A stretch of 64,000 bases of DNA, from contig JBHGAY010000007.1 of NCBI GenBank assembly GCA_041946735.1, forward strand, positions 1 through 64,000, in the 5' to 3' direction. The notes beneath the pieces are model-generated. The model was not told where the DNA came from, searched no databases, and saw nothing but the letters and a program-made list of their open reading frames with translations. Numbering within the stretch: the stretch's first letter is position 1; each line of letters begins with the position of its first letter. Of this stretch, positions 25,221 through 36,560 are shown in pieces. This DNA is from Candidatus Eiseniibacteriota bacterium (GTDB lineage Bacteria > Eisenbacteria > RBG-16-71-46 > CAIMUX01 > VGJL01). Both the position numbers and the translations under genes were made by a program.

Positions 25221-27583
25221 GCAGGACGGTCGAGACGATTCCGTCGATCGGGGTCGGCCGGGAGCGGACCCTCGAGGCGATGCGCCGCCATGGGCTGCGC
25301 GCGGAACCCGAGGAGATTCGCGCCGTCGCGGAGCGGGTCGGGCGCGACCTCACCGTGGCGGAAGCGTTCCTGATCGACGTCGCGTTCAGCGAGCACTGTT
25401 CCTACAAGAGCAGCCGCAAGCTGCTGAAGCGTTTCCTGCCGCCGCTGGCTCCCCACGTCCTCCTCGGACCGGGCGAGGATGCGGGAGTGATCGACGTCGG
25501 CGAATGGAACGGGGAGCGCTGGGCGCTCGTCGTCGCCCACGAGAGCCACAATCATCCCTCGCAGCTTCTGCCGATCGAGGGGGCTGCGACCGGGATCGGC
25601 GGGATCGTGCGCGACGTCTACTGCATGGGGGCCGACGTGGTCGGGGTGCTCGACGGCCTGCGCTTCGGCGACCTCGACGGCCCCTCCGGCGACGTGGCGC
25701 GCGCCGTCGCCCGCGGGGTCGTGCGCGGGATCTGGGAGTACGGCAACGCCCTCGGCGTCCCGAATCTGGGCGGCGATCTCGACTTCGACTCGAGCTACGA
25801 CGACAACTGCCTCGTCAACGTGGTCGCGCTGGGAGTCGCTCCGGTGCGCCGCATCCTTCGAAGCCGGGTGCCGGAGGCGGCGCGCGAGGAGCCGTACCAG
25901 ATCGTCTTGGTCGGCAAGCCGACCGACCGGTCGGGGCTCGGGGGCGCCTCCTTCGCCTCGCAGGTGCTCGACTCGCAGTCATCCGAGCAGAACCTGGGCG
26001 CCGTGCAGATCCACGACCCGTTCCTGAAGCGGGTGCTCGTCGAGGCCACGAAGGCGGTCTGGGACCTGCTGGAGGAGCGCGGCTGCCCCTCCGGCTTCAA
26101 GGACCTCGGCGCCGGGGGCTTCGGCGGGGCGTCGTCGGAGCTCCTCGCGGCGGGCGGGTTCGGAGGAGCGATCGACATCGAGGAGATGCCGGTCGCCGAT
26201 CCCTCGATCCTTCCCGAGCACCTGCTGGTCGGAGAGACGCAGGAGCGCTTCGTCTGGGCGCTCCCGGCCCGGATCGTTCCGGAGGTCCTCGCGATCTACA
26301 ACGAGACCTTCGATCTCCCCGGCGTCTATCCGGGAGCGAGGGCGGCGGTCGTCGGGCGCGTGACTCCCGAAAAGCGCTACCGGGTCATCCGCGAGGGGGA
26401 GGTGATCGTCGACCTGCCGCTCGAGATCCTCGGCGAGACGCCGCAGCTCGAGCGCCCGATCCGTCCGCGCGCGATCGCGACGGAGACGGGAACCTTGCAC
26501 GAGCCGGACGATTGGGCCGCTTTCCTCGAGCGGTTTCTCGCGCATCCCTCCCTGTGCAGTCGCGCCCACGTCTACCGGCACTACGACGCCGAGGTGCGGG
26601 GAGAGGCGCTGCTTCGCCCGGGCGAAGCGGACTCCGGCGTCTGCCGGCCGATCCCCGGCGCGCCGCTGGGGGTCGCCGTGACGCTCGACGGCAACGCTCG
26701 CTGGTGCGACCTCGATCCGTATCACGGCGCGGTCGCCACGGTGCTCGAGACCGCACGCAACCTGGTCGCTGTCGGCGCGCGGCCGCGGGCTTTGACCGAT
26801 TGCCTGAACTTCGGCTCGCCGGAAGATCCCGAATGCCTCTGGGAGTTCGCGGAGTGCCTGCGCGGGCTCTCCGACGGCGCGCGCGCGCTCGGGCTTCCCG
26901 AGCGCAACGGCTCCCCCTTGCCGATCGTCTCGGGCAACGTCTCGTTCTACAACCAATCGGCGTCGGGGCGCCGGATTCGCCCGACTCCGATTCTGGCCGG
27001 ATTCGGGACGATCGAGGACTGGCGTCGCGCCTGCACGCCGCAGGTGAAGCGCGCCGGCTCGCGCCTCTTCCTCGTCGCGGACCTGCGGAGGGAATGGGGC
27101 GGGTCGCCCGCGACGGAGATCCTGGGGTGCGGTCCCGGCATCGCGCCGAGACCGGAGGTCGAGGCGGAACGCGAGAGGATCTGGGGCGTGCTCGCCGCCA
27201 TCGAAGCGCAGGCGGTCGCGTCGTGTCACGATTTCGCAACCGGGGGGATGTTGGCCGGACTGATCGAGATGCTCCTATGGGAGGAGCGTCCGACGGGACT
27301 GGGCCTCGCGGTCGATCTGGCGCCGCTCGCGCTCGAGCCGGTCGAGGCGCTCCTGTCGGAGAGCGGAGGGTTCCTGCTCGAGGTCGAGGCGGCGCGGGAG
27401 CCGGAGTTCCGGTCAGTCTGCCGGCGCGGAGGCATCGAGCCGCTCGCGATCGGATCGGTGATCTCCGAGCCGCGGCTCGAGGTTCGCAAGGGAGATCGCC
27501 GGATCTTTTCGGTCGAGGTCGCGCCGCTTTGGAAAGCATGGTCGGAGCCTCTGGGTCCCTGGATGGAGGGGGTGGAACGCTGA
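25217..27583 (+). CDS. purL: Phosphoribosylformylglycinamidine synthase subunit PurL (small form)
   Basis: SEHCSYKSS, GEDAG, ESHNHPS, GAATGIGGIVRDV, DLGAGG, ETQER, TDCLNFGSP, SGNVSFYN. Confidence 0.96.
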   Translation: MSRTVETIPSIGVGRERTLEAMRRHGLRAEPEEIRAVAERVGRDLTVAEAFLIDVAFSEHCSYKSSRKLLKRFLPPLAPHVLLGPGEDAGVIDVGEWNGERWALVVAHESHNHPSQLLPIEGAATGIGGIVRDVYCMGADVVGVLDGLRFGDLDGPSGDVARAVARGVVRGIWEYGNALGVPNLGGDLDFDSSYDDNCLVNVVALGVAPVRRILRSRVPEAAREEPYQIVLVGKPTDRSGLGGASFASQVLDSQSSEQNLGAVQIHDPFLKRVLVEATKAVWDLLEERGCPSGFKDLGAGGFGGASSELLAAGGFGGAIDIEEMPVADPSILPEHLLVGETQERFVWALPARIVPEVLAIYNETFDLPGVYPGARAAVVGRVTPEKRYRVIREGEVIVDLPLEILGETPQLERPIRPRAIATETGTLHEPDDWAAFLERFLAHPSLCSRAHVYRHYDAEVRGEALLRPGEADSGVCRPIPGAPLGVAVTLDGNARWCDLDPYHGAVATVLETARNLVAVGARPRALTDCLNFGSPEDPECLWEFAECLRGLSDGARALGLPERNGSPLPIVSGNVSFYNQSASGRRIRPTPILAGFGTIEDWRRACTPQVKRAGSRLFLVADLRREWGGSPATEILGCGPGIAPRPEVEAERERIWGVLAAIEAQAVASCHDFATGGMLAGLIEMLLWEERPTGLGLAVDLAPLALEPVEALLSESGGFLLEVEAAREPEFRSVCRRGGIEPLAIGSVISEPRLEVRKGDRRIFSVEVAPLWKAWSEPLGPWMEGVER

Positions 27584-28386
27584 GCGCGGAGATCGCGGTT
27601 CTGCAGCTTCCGGGAAGCAATTGCGAGAGGGAGACGGTCCGGGCCGTCGAGGCGGCCGGCGGATCGGCATCGATCGTCCGGTGGAACGAGCCGGTGGAGC
27701 GACTGGAGCGCTGCGCCGCGTTCGTGATCCCCGGAGGATTCTCGTTCCAGGACCGGATCCGCGCGGGGGCGGTCGCCGCGCGGCTGCCGGTCCTCGATCT
27801 CATCGTGCGCAGGGCGGCGGAGGGAACGCCGGTCCTCGGGATCTGCAACGGGGCGCAGGTGCTCGTGGAGTCGGGCGTCGTCCCCGGGATCTCGCCGGGG
27901 AAGCTCGAGCTCGTTCTCGCGCCGAACCGGATGCCGGGGCGCAACGGCTACTACGCGCGCTGGGTCTTTCTCGGAGGCGGCCCCGCCGCAGAGCGATGCC
28001 TGTTCACGCGCGGCCTTGGCGACCAGCTCCTGCCCGTTCCGATCGCCCACGCGGAGGGGCGCTTCGCAACGCGGGACGAGGCGGTCGCGCGGCAACTTCC
28101 GTCGTATATCGCTCTCGCCTACCGCACGCCGGAGGGAGAGCCGGCGGATGCCTTCCCCTGGAATCCCAACGGCAGCCTTCACGCCGCCGCGGGGATCACG
28201 AACGAGGCGGGCAACGTTCTCGCGCTGATGCCGCATCCGGAGCGGGCGGCGATTGCGGCGCAGGTGCCAGCGGCGATTCGCGCCGGCGCAGCCGACGGCG
28301 ATGGCGCGAACGAGGAGGCCGAGGCCGCCGGGCCTGGCCTGCTCCTCTTCCGCAATCTCGTCGAAGCCGTGGGAGGCAGCCGATGA
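27580..28386 (+). CDS. purQ: Phosphoribosylformylglycinamidine synthase glutaminase subunit (start CTG 27580 or ATG 27538)
   Basis: LPGSNCE, PGGFSFQDRIRAG, LGICNGAQ, PIAHAEG, NPNGS, LMPHPER. Confidence 0.94.
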   Translation: MSAEIAVLQLPGSNCERETVRAVEAAGGSASIVRWNEPVERLERCAAFVIPGGFSFQDRIRAGAVAARLPVLDLIVRRAAEGTPVLGICNGAQVLVESGVVPGISPGKLELVLAPNRMPGRNGYYARWVFLGGGPAAERCLFTRGLGDQLLPVPIAHAEGRFATRDEAVARQLPSYIALAYRTPEGEPADAFPWNPNGSLHAAAGITNEAGNVLALMPHPERAAIAAQVPAAIRAGAADGDGANEEAEAAGPGLLLFRNLVEAVGGSR

Positions 28387-28997
28387 GCCGCTGCACGCAG
28401 ATCCTGATCTCGCTGCGGAATCCCGACCCGATCGCGCTCACCGCCCTCGGCTCGCTGCGCCGGTACCTCGGCTTCGAGGAGCGCCTGCTCGACCTGCGCC
28501 GGCGGATCCTTTGGGAGGTGCACACGCCGGAAGGCGAGGATCCCGCGCCATGGATCGAGTCGATGCGGATTGCCGGAGAGCTGTGGAATCCAAACAAGGA
28601 GGTCGCCGCGATCCGGCGGCCGGGGGATCCGGAGGGCGCGCTGGGCGATCCTCTCCCCGGATCGTCCGGTTGGACGATGGTGCTCGCGTGGGATCCGGAG
28701 CGCGATCTCGACCGCCCGTCGCGCGGTCACGCCCGCGCAACGACGGCAGGGCGCGGCCGCTCCGAACGGCGCCTGGCGCGTGGAATTCTCTGGAGCCTTC
28801 GCTGGCGGGAAGGGTATCAGGAGGTTCATCTGCGGGAGTTCACTCGGGAAGCGGTGCTCTGCCGCGGGCGCGGCGAGGGGCTCCTCGTCCATCCCCATCT
28901 CGAAGATCATTGCGAGATCCTCGGTGGGGAGAGCGTTCCCTGGCTCCCCGATCCATCACCGGGATCCTCGACGCTCACGGGACCGTCGCCGGCCTGA
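28383..28997 (+). CDS. Putative divergent tandem PurS-like protein
   Basis: Coupled between purQ and purF; two modules ending LWNPNKE and LLVHPHLE; LRNPDPIALTALGSL..LG resembles the PurS L(K)..DP.G.A...L..LG pattern. Confidence 0.55.
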   Translation: MSRCTQILISLRNPDPIALTALGSLRRYLGFEERLLDLRRRILWEVHTPEGEDPAPWIESMRIAGELWNPNKEVAAIRRPGDPEGALGDPLPGSSGWTMVLAWDPERDLDRPSRGHARATTAGRGRSERRLARGILWSLRWREGYQEVHLREFTREAVLCRGRGEGLLVHPHLEDHCEILGGESVPWLPDPSPGSSTLTGPSPA

Positions 28998-29053
28998 AGC
29001 AGAGCCGGCAGCGGGCCCCGAGACGAGAGGGAAGGGAAGGGGGCATCAAGCGC

Positions 29054-30451
29054 ATGGAGTTCCGTGAGATCCACGAAGAGTGCGGCCTCTTCGGCGTCTA
29101 CGGTCACGGCAACGTCCTCGATCTGATCTACTACGGTCTCTATGCCCTCCAGCACCGCGGGCAGGAAGGGGCCGGCATCGTCGTGCACGACGGCTCGAAG
29201 ACCCGCGTCCACCGGGGCCTGGGGCTCGTCAGCGATATCTTCCATGACTCCGTCCGCTCGCAGATGGACGGCTTCATGGGGATCGGGCACAACCGCTACG
29301 CGACGACCGGCAAGGCGACGAAGCTGCGGAACGTGCAGCCTCTCCTCGTCGACTACAAGGGGGGGAAGCTCGCGATCGCGCACAACGGCAACCTGACGAA
29401 CATCGTCGAGCTCCGGCGCCGGATGGAACGCGAGGGATCGCTCTTCCAGACGACGACCGATTCGGAGATCGTCCTGCACCTGATCGCGCGATCGAGGGCG
29501 GAGACGCTCCCGGAGCGCTTCCTCGAGGCGGTCGATCAGCTCGAGGGAGCCATCAGCTGCCTCGTCATGAACGAGAAGATGATCCTCGGCTGGCGCGATC
29601 CCCACGGCTTCCGCCCCCTCTCGCTCGGCTTCCTCGACGGGATGTATCTCCTCGCCTCCGAGAGCTGCGCGTTCGACATCCTCGGCGCGCAGATGCTCCG
29701 CGAGATCACTCCGGGCGAGCTGGTCATCCTCGATGAAACCGGGGTGCGAAGCATCCTCGCGCGGACCGGACGCCCTCACTCGTACTGCATGTTCGAGCAG
29801 ATCTACTTCTCGCGCCCCGATTCCACCGTCTTCGGCGAGAAGGTCAATGCGGTCCGCCGGGAGCTGGGACGGCTGCTCGCGCGCCGCCATCCGGTCGAAG
29901 CGGATCTCGTGATCTCGGTGCCCGACTCTTCGAACTCCGCCGCGCTCGGTTATTCCGAGGAGTCGGGGATCCGCTTCGAGCACGGCCTCATCCGCAACCA
30001 TTACGTCGGGCGGACCTTCATCCGCCCGGGGCAGCAGTCCCGTGTGGACGCGGTTCGGGTGAAGTTCAATCCGGTGACCGAGGTCCTGAAGGGCAAGCGG
30101 GTGATCGCCGTCGACGACTCGATCGTGCGGGGGACGACCAGCCGCCAACTCGTGCGCCTGTTGTTTCGCGCCGGGGCGAGCGAGGTGCACTTCCGGGTCT
30201 CCAGCCCTCCGATCACCCACCCGTGCTACTACGGGATCGACACCCCGCGCCGGACGGAACTGATCGGGAGCCGCTACGACGTCGAACGGATCCGCGACTT
30301 CATCGGAGCCACGACCCTTGGCTATCTCACGGCGGAGGACCTCCGCTCGGCCGTGTCGAGTCCCGCCTCCTACTGCCTCGCCTGCTTCACCGGGGAGTAT
30401 CCGACGGTCGTGCCGGAGGAGGCCGATCCGCTGATCTTCGACGTGGACTGA
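29054..30451 (+). CDS. purF: Amidophosphoribosyltransferase (propeptide, Fe-S type)
   Basis: EECGLFG, LQHRGQEGAG, GHNRYAT, AHNGNL, CMFEQIYFSRPDS, VDDSIVRGTT, PCYYGID, CLACF. Confidence 0.97.
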   Translation: MEFREIHEECGLFGVYGHGNVLDLIYYGLYALQHRGQEGAGIVVHDGSKTRVHRGLGLVSDIFHDSVRSQMDGFMGIGHNRYATTGKATKLRNVQPLLVDYKGGKLAIAHNGNLTNIVELRRRMEREGSLFQTTTDSEIVLHLIARSRAETLPERFLEAVDQLEGAISCLVMNEKMILGWRDPHGFRPLSLGFLDGMYLLASESCAFDILGAQMLREITPGELVILDETGVRSILARTGRPHSYCMFEQIYFSRPDSTVFGEKVNAVRRELGRLLARRHPVEADLVISVPDSSNSAALGYSEESGIRFEHGLIRNHYVGRTFIRPGQQSRVDAVRVKFNPVTEVLKGKRVIAVDDSIVRGTTSRQLVRLLFRAGASEVHFRVSSPPITHPCYYGIDTPRRTELIGSRYDVERIRDFIGATTLGYLTAEDLRSAVSSPASYCLACFTGEYPTVVPEEADPLIFDVD

Positions 30452-30454
30452 CCC

Positions 30455-31696
30455 GTGCATTACGAGCTGAGCGTGGCGCGCCGTCATCTGCTCCCGCACC
30501 GCGGCCGCCTGTTCCTCTCCTTCATCACGCTGATCACGATGCTCGCGGTCAGCCTCGGGGTGATGGCGCTGATCGTCGTTCTCGCCGTGATGAGCGGGTT
30601 CGAGAAGGAAGTGAAGGAGAGGATCGTCGGAACGAGCGCGCACGTCATCCTGCTTCGCTACGGGGAGCAGGGGATCGCGAATGCCGATTCCCTCGCGGCG
30701 CGCGTCGCCACCGTCCCCGAGGTCGTCTCGGTCGCGCCGTTCGTCTACGCGAAAGCGATGATGATCGCGCAGGGTCGCGCGGACGGAGCGGTGATCAAGG
30801 GGATCGATCCCGACCGCGAAGGCAGCGTCACCGAGGTGACGCGCTACATCGAGACGGTTCCCGGGGGACCGAGCCTGCGGCCCGCTCACGAGGGCGATCC
30901 GCCCGGCATCATCCTCGGCGTGCACCTCGTCGAGTCGCTGGGACTGACGATCGGCGAGAAGCTGCAGTTGATCTCCCCGAAAGGGACCGCTCCCACGCCC
31001 CTCGGCTTCGTCCCGAAGGTCCGGACGTTCGTGCTGGCCGGCGTCTTCCGCTCGGGCATGTACGAGTACGACGCCGGGATGGGATTCATCGACATCCGGG
31101 AGGCGCAGGAGTTCTTCGACCTGGGAGACGGAGTGACGGCGCTCGAGGTCCGTGTGCGCGACAAGTTCCGGGCGCCGCAGGTCGCCGAGGAGATCCTCGC
31201 GGCGGTCGGAGGCTTCCCCTACCGCACGAACGACTGGATCGGGCTGAACTCGAACCTCTTCTCCTGGATGCAGACGGAGAAGCGGGTGATGTTCGTGATC
31301 CTCGCCCTCATCATCCTGATCGCGGCCTTCAACATCGCCTCGGTGCAGATCATGCTCGTTCGGGTGAAGCGAAAGGAGATCGGGATCCTGAAGTCGATGG
31401 GGGCCACGGAAGGCTCGATCCGGCGGCTCTTCGTGCTCGAAGGGGTCGTAATCGGCGCGGTCGGCATGGTGTTGGGCAGCGGTCTCGGGTTGCTGCTCTG
31501 CGGCCTTCTCGAGCGCTACAAGTTCATCAAGCTCCCAGGGGACGTCTACTTCATCGACACCTTGCCGGTCCGGGTGGAATGGCCCGACGTGCTGGCGATC
31601 GAGATCGCGGTGCTCGCCCTGAGCGCGGCCGCGACGCTGCTGCCGGCGTGGTGGGCGTCCCGCTTCGATCCGGTGGAGGCGATCCGTCATGAATGA
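30455..31696 (+). CDS. lolE: Lipoprotein-releasing ABC transporter permease LolC/E
   Basis: LGVMALIVVLAVMSGF, FRSGMYEYD, AAFNI, EIGILKSMGA, VYFIDTLPV, PAWWASRFDPVEAIR. Confidence 0.9.
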   Translation: MHYELSVARRHLLPHRGRLFLSFITLITMLAVSLGVMALIVVLAVMSGFEKEVKERIVGTSAHVILLRYGEQGIANADSLAARVATVPEVVSVAPFVYAKAMMIAQGRADGAVIKGIDPDREGSVTEVTRYIETVPGGPSLRPAHEGDPPGIILGVHLVESLGLTIGEKLQLISPKGTAPTPLGFVPKVRTFVLAGVFRSGMYEYDAGMGFIDIREAQEFFDLGDGVTALEVRVRDKFRAPQVAEEILAAVGGFPYRTNDWIGLNSNLFSWMQTEKRVMFVILALIILIAAFNIASVQIMLVRVKRKEIGILKSMGATEGSIRRLFVLEGVVIGAVGMVLGSGLGLLLCGLLERYKFIKLPGDVYFIDTLPVRVEWPDVLAIEIAVLALSAAATLLPAWWASRFDPVEAIRHE

Positions 31697-32465
31697 GGCC
31701 GCGCCGGGTAACGACACCCTTCCGGCGTCGGGGACGCGCCCGGTGCTTCGCGCCCGCGGAATCGTGAAGAACTTCTCGATGCCGGGCGAAACGCTGCAGA
31801 TTCTGCGCGGCGTCGATCTCGACGTTTCGCATGGGGAGATCCTTGCGATACTCGGAGAGTCCGGGGTGGGGAAGAGCACCCTTCTGCACATCCTCGGCAC
31901 CCTCGATCGCCCCACCTCCGGAACGCTGTACTACGGCGAGCAGGACGTATTCCGACTCAGCGGTTCGCAGCTCGCTCGATTTCGGAACCGTCATGTTGGG
32001 TTCGTGTTCCAGTTCCACCACCTGCTTCCGGAGTTCAGCGCGCTCGAGAACGTTGAGATGCCCGGCAGGATATCCGGCGCCGATCCGAAGGCCACGCGGG
32101 CTCGCGCCGAGGAGTTGTTGGAGGTGGTCGGGTTGTCGGATCGTGCGCGCCACCGGCCTCACGAGATGTCCGGAGGAGAGCAGCAGAGAGTCGCGGTCGC
32201 GCGTGCTCTCATCCAGGATCCCGAAGTGGTCCTCGCGGACGAACCCTCCGGCAACCTGGACCCCGACACGGCCGAACGCTTGCATGAGCTGGTGTATACT
32301 TTGGCCAGAGACCGGGGTCAGAGCTGGATCATCGCAACGCACAATGAAAACCTCGCCCGCGTTGCCGATAACAGGAGAAGGCTCCTTGCGGGACGGCTCG
32401 TAGAGGAGCGGACCATCTCCGAACCGATCGTGGGCAGGACCGCCGGAGGAAGGGAATCGCCGTGA
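31689..32465 (+). CDS. lolD: Lipoprotein-releasing ABC transporter ATP-binding protein
   Basis: GESGVGKST, GFVFQFHHLLPEFSALENV, MSGGEQQRVA, LADEPSGNLD, ATHN. Confidence 0.93.
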   Translation: MNEAAPGNDTLPASGTRPVLRARGIVKNFSMPGETLQILRGVDLDVSHGEILAILGESGVGKSTLLHILGTLDRPTSGTLYYGEQDVFRLSGSQLARFRNRHVGFVFQFHHLLPEFSALENVEMPGRISGADPKATRARAEELLEVVGLSDRARHRPHEMSGGEQQRVAVARALIQDPEVVLADEPSGNLDPDTAERLHELVYTLARDRGQSWIIATHNENLARVADNRRRLLAGRLVEERTISEPIVGRTAGGRESP

Positions 32466-32983
32466 AGTGCCAGGTGTGCGGGGAAGCCGAGGCCACCATC
32501 CATTTCAAGGAGCTGAAGAACGAGGAGATGCGGGAGCTCCATCTCTGTCCCCGTTGCGCGGAAGAGAAGGGGTTCCACTCGGTCGTGGAGCAGGAGAAGA
32601 CCTCTCTGGCGAATCAGTTCATCTGGATGGCCGAGAACCTCTCGCCCGAGGGGGCGAAGGCGGGGCTGGTGCAGTGCAATCGTTGCGGCCTCCGGTACAG
32701 CGAGTTCACCCGCAACGGGCGGCTCGGATGTATGGAGTGCTATACCGCGTTCGATCTGCAGCTTCGCCGCCTGCTGCGTCGGATCCATGGCTCGACGCGG
32801 CACGCCGGGAAGGTGCCGGGACGGCCCGGCGCCGGAGGAGAGCGGCAGGCCGCGCTCTACCGCCTGCGCGAGGAACTGCAGAGGGCGATCGCGATGGAGA
32901 ACTTCGAGCGGGCCGCCGAGATCCGCGACGGCATCCGCGCCCTCGAACATCCGGCCGTGGAGGAGGAGGAGGGGCGTTCGTGA
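32462..32983 (+). CDS. mcsA: Protein-arginine kinase activator McsA (UvrB/UvrC motif protein)
   Basis: Four CxxC (CQVC, CPRC, CNRC, CMEC), GRLGC, IHG..RH.GKVP, UVR motif ENFERAAEIRD. Confidence 0.92.
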   Translation: MKCQVCGEAEATIHFKELKNEEMRELHLCPRCAEEKGFHSVVEQEKTSLANQFIWMAENLSPEGAKAGLVQCNRCGLRYSEFTRNGRLGCMECYTAFDLQLRRLLRRIHGSTRHAGKVPGRPGAGGERQAALYRLREELQRAIAMENFERAAEIRDGIRALEHPAVEEEEGRS

Positions 32984-34078
32984 TCCACGTGGAGGACATG
33001 ATGAACTCCGGACGGCGCTGGTTCGACGGCTTGGGCCCGCGTGCGGACGAAACCCTGTCCACGCGTGTTCGGCTCGCTCGCAACCTCGCCGGGTACCGGT
33101 TCGTGGGATCCGCGAAAGAAGAGGAGCTGCACGGCGTCTTCGAGCGCGTCGGCTCCGCGCTGGCGGAAGCGCCGGCGATGAAGCAAGGGGAAGTCGCTGC
33201 CATCGACGAGCTGGGCGTCCTCGACCGCCAGTTCCTTCTCGAGCGGCACCTGCTCACGCATGATCTCGCCGCGGAGGCGAAGCATCGCGGCATCGGGATC
33301 GGACCGGGCGAGGCCTTGAGCGTCATGATCAACGAGGAGGACCACCTTCGCCTTCAGTGCCTCAAGAGCGGGATGCAGCTCTACGAGGCCTGGGAAGAAG
33401 CGAACCGTCTCGACGACCAGCTCAGCGAGGAACTGCCCTTCGCCTTCTCCGAGGAGTTCGGCTACCTGACGTCCTGCCCGACGAACGTGGGGACCGGGCT
33501 GCGGGCGAGCCTCCTGGTCCACCTGCCGTCGCTCGTGCTGACGCAAAGGATCAAGAAGGTTCTTGCCGGCGTCACCCAGGTCGGCCTCTCCGTTCGGGGG
33601 TTCCAGGGCGAGGGAAGCGACGTCATCGGCAATTTCTTCCAGATCTCCAATCAGGTCACGCTCGGGATGAGCGAGCCCGCGACGCTCGAGAAGCTCCAGG
33701 GGGTGGTCCTTCAGATCCTCGACATGGAGGGGAAGGCGCGAGAGGCGCTCCTGCGTGACGCGCGCACGCAGATCGAGGACAAGGTCGGGCGCGCCTACGG
33801 TACGCTGCTACACGCGCGGATCCTCTCTTCGCAGGAGACGATGGGATTGCTCTCCGCGCTGCGCTTCGGAAAGACGATCGGCCTCCCGGGACTGCCCGAG
33901 ATCGAGACGATCAACGACATGCTGATCTGCTCCCAGCCGGCTCATCTGCAGAAGATCGCCGGCCGGACGATGGACTCGACCGAGCGGAACCACTACCGGC
34001 CGCTCTGGATCCAGGAGAGGTTGAAGACCCAGGCGTCCCGCAAGCCGGGGAAGCCCGACCAGAGGGGGAAGCCCAACG

Positions 34079-34086
<8 letters not shown>
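32980..34086 (+). CDS. mcsB: Protein arginine kinase McsB
   Basis: [60 protein letters not shown]. Confidence 0.95.
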
Positions 34087-36517
<2,431 letters not shown>

Positions 36518-36560
36518 TGCGCAAGCCTTCCGGGCGCAGGATGCGCCGGGAGTCGTCCGA

